Assembly: GCA_030390025.1 (NCBI GenBank)
Contig: CM059431.1
Location: forward strand, 141,920,001-141,980,000
Source of the DNA: Squalus acanthias
Lineage: Eukaryota
Length of the DNA: 60,000 nucleotides
Direction of reading: 5' to 3'
Both the position numbers and the translations under genes were made by a program. Shown here piece by piece: positions 12,701 through 23,944 of the stretch; positions within the stretch are counted from its first letter, which is position 1; each line of letters begins with the position of its first letter. The notes under the pieces are model-generated. The model did no database searches, was not told where the DNA came from, and worked only from the letters and a program-made list of their open reading frames with translations.

Positions 12701-13059
12701 TTTTTATGCTCACATTTTTTATGAATTAGTTTGGCCCTTTGTTTTTTGTTCCTCACCCTTTTACCATTTATTTCTGTCTGCCTTTCACTTTCCTCTTTTT
12801 CACTACATAGGTTTCTAGCCCCCTGCCATACTAGTTTAAATGCTCCCGAACTGCTTTATCAAAAATTACCCCGAGAACATCAGTTCCATCTTTGCACAGG
12901 TGTAGACCGTCCCTTTTGTATAGGTCACACCTACCACAAAACTGCTTCCAATGCCTCAAAAATTTAAAACCCTCCCTCTTACACCACTGCTCAAGCCACG
13001 TATTTAGCCTAACTATCCTGTTCTCTGTACTCTTACTAGCACGTGGCACTGGCAGTAAT
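9789..13059 (-). mobile_element. Young CR1 LINE, 5'-truncated inside ORF1, with intact ORF2
   Basis: (ATAGATAC)n octamer tail at 9789-9810; ORF1 C-terminus at 12831-13049 (..DGLHL.. esterase end); CAGTAAT at both junctions. Confidence 0.97.
9889..12756 (-). CDS. CR1 ORF2: apurinic-like endonuclease + reverse transcriptase, 955 aa, uninterrupted
   Basis: YLNARS, ITETW, YRPP, GDFN, SDHN (APE); NYRPVSLTS, QHGF, YLDFQKAFDKV, PQGSVLGP, FADD (RT). Confidence 0.95.
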   Translation of the reverse strand: MRNKKQRAKLIHKKCEHKKSLRILYLNARSIRNKVDELAVEIEVNNYDLIGITETWLQGEQGWELNIQGYSAFRKDRQKRKGGGVALLVKEGINAIERKDINSVNTESIWVELRNSEGRKTLKGVVYRPPNSKIEVGEGITREIREACNKSTAVIIGDFNLHIDWTSLISKNNEEEEFLECLRDGYLDQYVEVTTREQAILDWVLCNEKGLISNLVVRGPLGQSDHNMIDFSLEMESEEIDSETKVLNLNKGNYDAIRRELSRSDWTTFLGGLEVDKQWQAFKDRMTKLQKLFIPIWHKRKSKKVTQPWITGEIRDSIKSKDRAYKITEKSARAEDWEQFKIEQRRTKGLIKRGKIAYESKLAENIKTNSKSFYKYIKRKRLVKTKVGPLQSDTGEYITGNKEMADQLNAYFGSVFTKENTKNLPGISGKIGTLAKEELTQLNISKDMLLRKLKGLKADKSPGPDNMHPRVLKEVALEIADALSMIFQNSLDSGTVPMDWRVANVTPLFKKGGREKAGNYRPVSLTSVVGKMLESIIKDEIAEHLANGDRIGQSQHGFTKGKSCLTNLLEFFEGVTGKIDGGEPVDVVYLDFQKAFDKVPHKRLAWKIEAHGIKGKLLTWIENWLSDRKQRVGINGSFSEWQAVTSAVPQGSVLGPQLFTIYINDLDQGVGCNISKFADDTKLGGGVGSEEETRKLQSDLDRLGDWADKWQMHYNVDKCEVIHLGCRNGRANYYLNGNKLGEGEVQRDLGVLVHQSLKASMQVQQAVKKANSMLAFIAKGLEYRNRDTLLQLYRALVRPHLEYCVQFWSPHLRKDVLAMEGVQRRFTRLIPGMAGLTDEERLCSLGMYTLEFRRLRADLIEVYKILTGLDRLDTEGMFPLAGENRTRGHNLRIRAKPFRTEMRGNFFTQRVVNLWNSLPQRAVYASSLNIFKRELDIFLQAKGVNGYGEKAGTGY

Positions 13060-16000
13060 GTTAGAGTTGGTTCACTGTCAGTAATGTTGGAGTAGGGTCA
13101 CCACCAGTAACGATAGAGTAGAATCACCACCATTTAAGTTATCATAGAGTTACCACTAGTAATGTTCGAGTCGGGTCACCAGCAGTAATGTTGTGGTAGG
13201 TTACTCAACAGTAATGTTAGAGTAGAGTCACCACCAGTATTGTTAGAGCAGGATCATCATTGTAATGTTACGGTACGGTCACCACCAGTAATGTTAGAGT
13301 AGGTTCACCACCAGTAATGTTTGAGTAGAATCAACACCAGTAATGTTAGAGTAGGGTCACCACCAGTAACGTTGGAGTGTGATCACCATCAGTAATGATA
13401 GAGTAGAGACACGACAACATTTATGTTAGGGTATGGTCAATACCAATAATGTTAGAGTGGATTCACCTTCAGCAATGTTAGTATAGGGTCAGCATCAGTA
13501 ATGTGAGTGTAGTTCCACCAACAGCAATGCTACAGTAAGTCACCATCAGTAATGATAGTTTAATTTCCCCAACATTGATTTTAGAGTAGGGTCAAAATCA
13601 GCTATGTTAGAGCAGTGTCACCATCAGTTGTGTTAGTGTAGTTTCACCACCTGTAACGTAAGAGTACTGTTACTACCAGCTATGTTAGAGTACAGTCACC
13701 ACCAATAATGTTCGAATATGGTCAGAACCAATAATGTTAGAGTAAAGTCACCACCAGTAATATAAGAGTTGGTTCACCGCCAGTAATGAAAGAGTAAGGT
13801 CAACACCATTAATGTTGGAGTATGGCCAGCACAATTAATGTTAGAGTAGGATCAATACCAGTCGTGTAAGTGTAGCGTCACCACAATTAATTTTCGAGTA
13901 GGGTCACCATCAATAATAAAAAAGTAGAGACCCCACCAATAATGATAGAGTAGGAAAACCACAAATTTGATGTTAGAGTAAGGTCAACAAACCTAATGTT
14001 AAAGTGATACACCATCAGCAAGGCTACATTAGGGTCTCAACTAGTAATGATAGAGCAGTGTCACTACAGTAATGTTAGAGTGAGGTTTTTACCAGCGTCA
14101 CCACAAATAATGTTAGTGCAGGATTGCCATCATTAATGACAGACTAGAGTTACTACCAGTAATGTTAGAGTGAAAAAGCACATGTAATGTTAGCGCAGGG
14201 ACAACATCATTAAATTTAGAGTAGAATCACCACCATTAATTTCAAGTAGGCACACCTCCAGTAATGTTATTGCAGGGTCACCACCAGTAATGTTAGAGTA
14301 GGGTCACCACCATTAATGTTAGTGTAGGGTCACCACCAGTAATGTTAGAGTAGGGTCACCACCATTAATGTTAGTGTAGGGTCACCAACAGTAATGTTAG
14401 AGTAGGGTCACAAACAGTAATGTTAGAGTTGAGCCACCACCAATAATGTTAGAGCAGGTTCACCACCAGTAATGTTACAGTTGAGACACCACCAGTAATG
14501 TTAGAGTAGTTTCACCATCAGTAATGTTAGAGAAGGGACAAAAGCAGTAATGATAGAGTAAGGAAACCACAAGTAATGTTAGAGTGGGTCACCACCAGTA
14601 ATGATAGAATAGTGTCACCATCTGTAATGTTAGAGTTGAGACACCACCAGTAATGTTAGAGCAGGTTCACCACCAGTAATTTTAAACTAGTGTCACCACC
14701 AGAAATGTTAGAATAGTGTCCCCACCAGTAATGATAGATGAGGGTCACCGCCAGTAATGATAGAGTAGGGTCATCGCCATTAATGTTAGAATAGGTTCTC
14801 CGCCATTAATTTTAGAGAAGGCTCACCAACAGTAATGTTAGAGAAGAGACACTACCAGTAATGTTAGAGTAGGTTCGCCAAAAGTAATGTTAGAGTAGGG
14901 TCACCACCAGTAATGATAGAATAGTGTCACCATCTGTAATGTTAGAGTTCAGACACCACCAGTAATGTTCGAGTTGAGACACCAGCAGGAATGTTAGAGT
15001 AGGGTAGCACCAGTAAGGTTAGAGTAGAGTCACCAGCAGTAATGTTAGAGCAGGTTCACCACGAATAATGTTAGAGCAGGTTCACAGCCAGTAATGTTAG
15101 AATTGAGACACCTCCAGTAATGTTAGAGTGGAGTCACCACCCGTTATGATAGATTAGAGTCACCACCAGTAATGTTACAGCAGGATCACCACTAATAATG
15201 TAGGTGTACGATCACTACCAGCAATAGCAGCCTAGATTCATAACGTGTACTGTGAGTGTAGGCTCAACTTCATTAGTGTTGCACCACAAGTAATGTTAGA
15301 GTTGAGACACCACCAGTAATGTTGGAGTAAGTTCCACCCCAGTAATGCTGGAGTAGGATCACCACCAGTAATGTTACAGTAGGGTCACCAGCATTAATGT
15401 TAGAGTAGGGTCATCACCAGTAATGTTAGAGTAGGGTCACCAGCAATAATGTTAGAGTAGGGTCATCACCAGTAATGTTAGTGTTGAGACACCACCAGTA
15501 ATGATATAGTATGTTCAAAATCAGTACTGTTAGAGTAGGGTCACCACGAGTCATGATTGAGTAGGGTCACCAGCGGTCATGTTAGAGTAGGGTCAACACC
15601 AGTAATGTTAGAGTTGAGAAACCACCAGCAATGTTAGAGTTGGGACACCACCAGTAATGTTAGATTTGTTTCACCACCAGTAATGTTACAGCAGGATCAC
15701 CACTAATAATGTAGGAGTACGATCACTACCAGCAATAGTAGCCTAGATTCATCACATGTACTGTGAGTGTAGGATCAACTTCAGGAGTGTTGTTTAGGGT
15801 CATCACCTGTAATGTTACAGTAGGATGAACACAATTATTGACAGCGTCGTGTTACCAGCAGTAATGTTAGAGTAGGGTGAACAACAGTAATGTTAGAGTA
15901 GGGTCACCAGCATAATGTTAGAATAGAATCACCACCAGTAATGTTAGAATAGTGTCACCAACAGTAATGTTAGAGTAGGGTCACCACCAGTAATATTAGA

Positions 16001-19000
16001 GCAGGGTCATCAACAGTAATGTTAGAGTTGAGACGCAAACCAGTAATGTTAGAGTAGGTTCGCCATCAGTAATGTTAGAGTAGGGTCACCACCAGTAATG
16101 CTAGAGTAGTTTCACCACCAGTAATGATAGATTAGGTCACGACCAGTAATATTAGACTTGAGACACTACCAGCAATGTTAGAGCAGGTTCACCACCAATA
16201 ATGTTAGAGTTGAGACACCACCAGTAATGTTAGAGTTGATACACCACCAGTAATGTTAGAGCTGGTTCAGCATAAGTAATGTTAGCTTTGAGTCACCATC
16301 AGTAATTTTGAGTTGGATCACCAACAGTAATGTTAGAGTTGAGACACCACCAGTAATGTTAGAGCAGGTTCACCACCAGTAATGTTCGAGTAGTGTCACC
16401 TCCAGTAATGTTAGATTAGTTTCAGCACCAGTATAGTTAGAGCAGGTTCACCATAAGTAATGTTAGAGTTGAGACACCACTGTAATGTTAGAGCAGGGTC
16501 ACCGCCAGTAATGATAGAGTAGTATCACCACCAGTAATGATGGAGCAGGGTCACCATCAATAATGTTAGAGTAGGTTCACCATCAGCAATGTTAGAGTAG
16601 GTGCACCAAGGGTAATGATAGAGTACGGTCACCAACAGTAATTTGAGAGTTGATTCACCAGCAGTAATGTTAGAGTTGATACACCAACAGTAATGTTAGT
16701 GTAGGGTCACCACCAGTAATGTTAGAGCAAGTTCATCACCAGTAATATTAGAGTTGAGCCACCACCAGTAATGTTAGAGCAGGTTCGCCACCAGTAATGT
16801 TAGAGCAAGTTCATCACCAGTAATGTTAGAGCAAGTTCACCACCAGTAATGTTAGAGTTGAGACACCACCAATAATGTTAGAGTTGGTTCACCACCAGTA
16901 ATGCTATAGTTGTGACACCACCAGTAATGTTAGAGCAGGTCCACCACCAGTAATGTTAGAGTTGAGACACCACCAGTAATGTTAGAGTTGGTTCACCATC
17001 AGTAATGTTAGAGCAGGTTCACCGCCAGTAATGATAGAGTAGTGTCACCACCAGTAATGATGGAGTAGGGTCACCATCAATAATGATAGAGTAGAGTCAC
17101 CACCAGTAAGGTTAGAGCAGGTTCAGCATCAATACTGTTAGAGTATGTTCACCACCAGTAATGTTAGTGTTGAGACACCACCAGTAATGTTAGAGTAGGC
17201 TCACCAACAGTAATTTGAGAGTAGTTTCACCAGCAGTAATGTTAGAGTTGAGAAACCACCAGTAATATTAGAGTTGATACACCACCAGTAATGTTAGTGT
17301 AGGGTCATCAGCAGTAATGTTAGAGTTGAGAAACCACCAGTAATATTAGAATAGGGTCACCATCAGTAATGTTAGAGTTGAGACAACACCAGTAATGTTA
17401 GAGCAGGTTCGCCACCAGTAATGTTAGAGTTGAGACACCACCTGTAATGTTGGAGTTGGATCAGCAGCAGTACTGTTACAGTTGAGTCACCACCAGTAAT
17501 GTTAGAGCTGGTTCACCGCCAGTAATGTTAGAGTTGTTACATCACCAGTAATGTTATAGTTGAGACACCACCAGTCATGTTAGAGTTGAGACACCACCAG
17601 TAATGTTAGAGCAGGTTCACCATCAGTAATGTTACAGCAGAATCACCACTAATAATGTAGGAGTACGATCACTACCAGAAATAATGGCCTAGATTCATGA
17701 CATGTGCTGTGAGTGTAGGATCAACTTCAGTAGTGTTGCGTAGGGTCATCCCCTGTAATGTTACAGTAGGATCAACACAATTATTGACAGCGTCGTGAGA
17801 CCAGCAGTAATGTTAGAGTAGGGTGACCACCAGAAATGTTAGAATTGAGACACCACCAGTAATGATAGAGTAGAATCACCACCAGTAATGTTAGAGCAAG
17901 TTCACCACCAGTAATGTAAGAGTTGAGACACAACCAGTAATATTAGAGGTTTGCCATCAGTAATGTTAGAGTAGAGTCACCACCACTAATCATAGAGTAG
18001 TGTCATCACCAGTAATTTTTGAGTAGGGTCACCTGCAGTAATTTTAGAGTAGGGTAAACACCAATAATGTGAGAGTTGAGACACCACCAGTAAAGTTAGA
18101 GCTGGTTCACCACCAGTAATGTTACAGCAGGATCACCACTAATAATGTAGGAGTACGATCACTACCAGAAATAATAGCCTAGATTAATGACATGTACTGT
18201 GAGTGTTGGATCAACTTCAGTAGTGTTGCGTAGGGTCATCCTAGTAATGTTACAGTAGGATCAACACAATTATTGGCAGCGTCGTGTCACCAGCAGTAAT
18301 GTTAGAGTAGGGTGACCAACAGTAATGTTAGAGTTGAGACACCACCAGTAATGTTAGAGCAGGTTAACCACCAGTAATTTTAGAGTAGTTTCACCACTAT
18401 TAATGTTAGAGTTGAGACACCACCAGTAATGTTAGTGTAGGGTCACCACCACTAATGATAGAGTCGTGTCACCAGCAGTAATGTTAGAGCAGGGTCACCA
18501 CTAGTAATGTTAGAGTTGAGAAACCACCAGTAATGTTCGAGTAGGGTCACCACCAGTAATGTTAGAGCAGGTTCCCCACCAGTAATGTGAGAGTTGAGAC
18601 ACCACCAGTAATGTTAGATATGGTTCACCACCGGTAATGTTAGAGCAGGATCACCACTAATAATGTAGGAGTACGATCACTACCAGAAATAATAGCCTAG
18701 ATTAATGACATGTACTGTGAGTGTTGGATCAACTTCACTAGTGTTGCGTAGGGTCATCCCCTGTAATGTTACAGTAGGATCAACACAATTATTGGCAGCG
18801 TCGTGTCACCAGCAGTAATGTTAGAGTAGGGTGACCAACAGTAATGTTAGAGTTGAGACACCACGAGTAATGTTAGAGGAGTGTCACCACCATTAATGTT
18901 AGAGCTGAGACACCACCAGTATTGTTAGAGCAGGTTCACCACCAGTAATTTTAGAGTACAATCACCACTATTTATATTAGAGTTGATACACCACCAGTAA

Positions 19001-19160
19001 TGTTAGATATGGTTCACCACCAGTAATGTTAGAGCATGTTCACCATAAGTAATGTTAGAGTTGAGACACCACCAGTAATGCTTGAGTAGTGTCACCAGCA
19101 TTAATGTTAGATTAGGTTATCAACCAGTAATGTAAGATTAAAAGCATCGTCAGTCATGTT
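13053..19160. repeat. 26-bp satellite (segment 3), with variant units and higher-order blocks
   Basis: Same period; GTTGAGACACC and GCAGGTTCACC variants dominate after ~14430. Confidence 0.97.
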
Positions 19161-19503
19161 AGTGCCGATTCATCATCATTCATCATCACAGTACAAAACA
19201 AATCTTTATACAATGGATGAGTGACGATTTCAGCAAATTAACATGTGACTTCAAGAAGCTGATGCAGAGTCCGGGAGGGATGTTACCTTCAGTTTTCACC
19301 AGAGATTCGCAGAGCACATTCCCTCTGGGTTTACTTTCCGTTCATTGATTTTAATGGACGGAGTTTCATGGACTAAGTTGTACAATTTCCCCAGTGGCGG
19401 CCGGGGCGCACTGAAGGGGAAAATCGCCCCTTGTTTGTTAAGTGACTGTAACTAACGCTAATTATTGTGTAACATGATTTTCTCACAGGGGCAGCGGCGG
19501 TCC

Positions 19504-19510
19504 TATAAAG
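19504..19510 (+). promoter_or_regulatory. TATA box of the GPCR gene
   Basis: CCTATAAAGGGG, 85 bp upstream of the exon 1 ATG. Confidence 0.7.
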
Positions 19511-19588
19511 GGGGAGCATTTACGGATCCCCGATTGACTCTAGTCGGAACCGTAAAGCCGCTCAATCTTCACACAAATCTGCAAAATA

Positions 19589-19658
19589 ATGGCACGGCCA
19601 GCAATTCTACAGATAAAGGATATTTACCATCATGTTCTCGCAGCCTTTGGCGTTCCCG
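19589..19658 (+). CDS. GPR139-like GPCR, coding exon 1 (MARPAILQIKDIYHHVLAAFGVP)
   Basis: ATG in ATAATGG context; donor G|GTAAGT at 19659; phase 1 joins exon 2 in frame to give FGVPANLLTIVIL (TM1). Confidence 0.9.
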
Positions 19659-20396
19659 GTAAGTCAATGTATCCTGTTGCCTAATACCTGTTGACAATCT
19701 CAGTGTTAATGCAACATATTCCGAGAATGTCCTCAATGCAGATTCATTCATCCACCGGGATCAGTCGCTGAATATCAGCGGGAATCCTACCAGACCGCGC
19801 GGCCGCTGTTCTGGTGGGCAGATCCTTTGTACCGGGCGCTCAGCCTTCCTCCCTATACTGAGGGAGGGCGAGGCTAATTCCCCGGGCTCTCCAACCGTGC
19901 CTAGATCACTAAAGAACGTGTTGCTCAGTGTCTATAATGTTCACCACATTTGTGCCGTTGTTCTCTGTCGATATTAATTTGATAATTCATCGGACTGCAG
20001 CCACCTCCACCCAACAGGGGACTTTGAAAGATATTTTGAGAAATAATTTGCACTCAAGAAGAAGCTCCATAATTTGGACATAGATTGAACCTATTTGTCT
20101 CAGCTGAATGTTTAATTTGAATTATATCTTTCCATAAATTGCCGTGAAATTATTTTTAATATTTAACAAAGACTGAGTGAAGTATGCTTGAAGGATGATG
20201 GATTTTCAGTCTCTCTATATTGAATGTCCAATGAATAATTTATGTTAAACAACGTACGTTAACCCTCGCCTATGTTCATGATAACAATCCGTCTGCATAA
20301 ACCTAAGTAGGGACACATCTGAACATTTCCCCACATTATGCTGTGAGATTTAACTGAGTGACCCCGTTACTGACCTCTTGTCCCTCTTTCTCACAG

Positions 20397-21295
20397 CGAA
20401 CCTACTGACAATCGTGATTCTCTCCAGAGGAAATTGCGGCCTTTCCAAATGTATCTCTGTCTACATGGTGGCCATGGCAACAGCAGATCTACTGGTCATG
20501 ATCATCAATATATTAGTGAACCGCATTTTACGTTATCACTTTCCACATTCATTCCTGTCGTTAACTGCCGTTTGTAAGATCATTATGTTTGTGCAATGTG
20601 TCACCCTGTATTTGTCGGTGTGGTTTACAGTCTCATTCACATTTGACCGATTTGTAGCTATATGTTGTGAGAAGTTTAAAACCAAGTATTGCACAGTGAG
20701 AACTGCGGCCGCGGTTATAACAACGGTCTCTGTCCTGATCTGTTTACAGAGCCTCCCTTTTTGGTTTGCATATGAACCTGAGCGAATAATTCACAATGTT
20801 CACTGGGGTTGTCGGTCCAGAGCGGAGTTTTTCTCATCGGCTGCAGGTGTTGCGTACTACTGGTTAGAAAGTATTTTCATTGCTTGGCTTGCATTTGCTT
20901 TGATATTAATGTTAAATTGTTTGACAGTCAGACGTATTTTAGTGGCCAGTAGAGCCCGCAAGGGACTCCGGGGTCACAGCAGTGAGAATCAGATCGATCC
21001 AGAGATGGAGAACCGAAGGAAATCCATCATTTTACTTTTCAGTGTATCGGGCAGTTTTATACTGTTGTGGCTGACATCTGTTGTTAGTTATTTAACTACC
21101 AGACTGACAAGCACCGCGTTTTACCGAGGCGATAATGCAGCTCCCGCATACATCGCCACAGTAACCGGGTATATGCTCATGTATTTGAGTTCCTGTTCAA
21201 ACACGTGTATTTATGCAGCTACTCAAAGTAAATTCAGGGCAGAGCTGAAGAAGCTGATTAAATCTCCATGGAAGTTTATTGTTCTTCGAAAATGA
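20397..21295 (+). CDS. GPR139-like rhodopsin-class GPCR, coding exon 2 (spliced protein 322 aa)
   Basis: Branch-like TACTGAC, pyrimidine tract and CACAG acceptor at 20396; hydrophobic TM segments, MATADL (TM2), FDRFVAIC (TM3), ECL2 Cys, RRKSIILL (TM6 start), NTCIY (TM7); no internal stops. Confidence 0.93.
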
Positions 21296-21301
21296 AATAA
21301 A
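21296..21301 (+). terminator. Candidate polyadenylation signal
   Basis: AATAAA immediately after the TGA; a second AATAAA lies at ~21396. Confidence 0.5.
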
Positions 21302-21884
21302 ACCCGGAAACTTCCTGTCCAAACTAGAGTTAAATTAAAATTCCCTTTTAGAACGGCCGTCTTCTGTTAGGACTGAAAGGGTTTGCTGTTGTTAAAATAA
21401 ACAGGTATCAGAAAAAAAATTCCGTGACATTCTGCCGTGTGTTTGATGTCTGCTGCTTTCCCCGGGTGAACAGAATAGATTTTTTCTAAAACAGCGCCCT
21501 TCCCGCTCAAAATTCAAAGAACAGTCATGACTGAGCTTCAGCAGTGGAGTGGAACATGTGGGTCCCAGCGTTAACTGCCTCACACCGCAGGTACTGGAAT
21601 GAGACGCTCAGTTTAATTAACAGGTAATGTTTCCTTTAATGTAGAAACAATGTGTTACAATGGTGGTTATCTGTAATTCTGTAATCTCAGTGTGAATGTT
21701 GCAGGTGCTGGTATCCCCATCAGACTCCGCCCCCCCGTGTCTCCTGGACCAATAGAACGGGGCCCTGTCTCCTGATCAGTGTGTGATGGAGACAGTAGGC
21801 ACTTGACTCGTCAATGTGACATTAGACATCATTGATCACAGATATTTACTGAAAATCTCAACTGGTCATCACAATGTTCGAATG

Positions 21885-22215
21885 TTATAAGAGGGGCACA
21901 ATCCATTCGGCCCAGCAGTCCTTGTTGGCGTTTTCACTCCACCTCAGTAATTAGTTCCATCCACTTTACCCGCGCGGTTTCAACATCACTTCAACCTATT
22001 TTTATTCATCCATCTATATAATTTAATCTTCAATACATGACAATTTCTGCCTCCGTTATTTCCAGTCTCAAAACTGTCCGTGTATAGTGGCTCCTACTAA
22101 CTTTAGATCTAAATCTCTAACATATATGTATCTCTGGCCGTTAGCCCTTGATCCCTCAGCTATTGGAAGCAGTCTGCTTCTATCTATACTGTCAAGTCCC
22201 TTCTTAACTTAAATC
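21885..22215 (-). mobile_element. Old CR1 3' fragment
   Basis: CCATTCGGCCCA 3'-end motif and residual similarity to other CR1 tails in the window. Confidence 0.5.
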
Positions 22216-23944
22216 ACCTGGGTACCACACGCCAAAATATATCAATCTGCTGTCAAAGCACAATCTAGTGAAAGTCAGGTAAGTTTAGTTAAGATGGATA
22301 ATTGATAACTTTTTCTTGGAAATGGCTGTGTCCTTTTTTATTCTGAACGATGAGAAGTTTGTATTTGATAGCTTGGTCACTATCCAAAAACATCAGGACC
22401 ATGCAGGGGGAGATTCTAATCAAACACCTCCATGCCCCTGGTCGTTCTATATGATAACCAAAAAGGAGAGGGATGGCTTGTATTGGATGGCTCGCGCGGC
22501 ATAATCTTTGGAATCGCTGTGTGTGCGGAAGTGACATATCGTACATAAAGCAACCAGCATGTGAAATACTTGATGAAGAATAGGTTCGAAGACATGGTCA
22601 GTCACACTGATAACACCACTGCATGAACTGTTTAATCTGGCTCTGGAGAGTGAGAACATATGTAAAATCAAGGTGCAGAGACCTGTGCCATAGAATAGGT
22701 CGAGATAGATATATGCTGCTGATGAAAAAAAGTTTAGTATTGACCATAAATATTCTAACGCCAACAAAGGATGCAATGTAAGGAAATGGTTAATCAAACC
22801 ACCCGGAATTCTTCTGAAGCTATACTGTTTTGGGTTGTCTTTCCATTGTAGCAATGTTAACCTTGAGCCTTTTCCTGTTATACAGGGAAGTATAAATCTA
22901 CTTAAAGTACCACAGGCTGTTGGGCCAGCGCTGACGCTGCAGCAACGGTCAGTTTCAGGATGAAGTCATAAGCGATTTAATTAAACTCATGACATTGCAA
23001 AAAGATTCATCAATTTCAGGGAACTTTAATCATTTAGTAACAGTGTGGGAAGACAGTACTGCAATGCAAAAGATCCGGGCATCCATCATAATTTTGAATT
23101 AGTACAACAGATACAGAAACAAAGACGGACTTATTACTAAATGATTCATTTGGTACAATTGCAATTATATGAATCAAGAGTGAAACTATCGATCATATAT
23201 CTCAATTAAATTATCTCTATTTGGATTTTCATTTGAAATGTCATATACTCTTCTAATGCAGGGTTGTGTGGATTGTCAAGTACAGGGAATGAGAAAAATG
23301 CATGAAAACTGGCAGTTTTAATGAATATTGTTTTGATAAAGGCCTAAGCAACTCAGAACTGTGACAAGTTTGGGTCTCCAACCAATCAATATCAGGTGTG
23401 GGTGTAATTTCTACCTTTTAAATGTATACTTCAATAACATTGCGTGTATTATGTGCTTAATAAATCTATGGCACTTCACTCCAATGTTCCAGAGCCTTAC
23501 TGAAAATCTTACGCTAATAAAAGCCTTTGTACTTTAATTGTGAATGGGCTCCATTTACTTACTGTGATTAACTCTTCAACGTTTCTCTTGACCCTGACGT
23601 CATCCAAAAGCCAAAATACAATTGATTACAGGTCCCCGGGCTCTGCCAATCCGGATGGCATCCAACTTCTGGGGAAATTGCTCATTAGATGCGGACAGTT
23701 CTGTGCAAGAATCACATTCTCATTTATCTCGATTCAGACGACCCACAATATTTCAGGCAGGAGTCAGGCAGCAGGCGGAGGTGTAAATTCCAACAGTCAG
23801 CGATGTTCTGAACCCAGCTACAATCCTGAGAACGCGACCTGCAATCAACCACATCATCCGAACTCAACAGGCAATATAGAAAGCAAAGGCATGAATAATT
23901 AACAATTACATTACCGTGTCACATTCAATCTGATGTGGTTGTGT

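Noticed and set aside
105..19160. CRISPR-like regular repeats
   Set aside because: Units are contiguous with no unique spacers, there are no cas genes, and the context is eukaryotic
20378..20396. ORF-track start (TTG) of the GPCR
   Set aside because: It lies in the intron's pyrimidine tract; the real start is the exon 1 ATG at 19589
22289..22854. Hydrophobic minus-strand ORFs as a second receptor pseudogene
   Set aside because: No recognisable GPCR motifs; cannot be supported without a homology search
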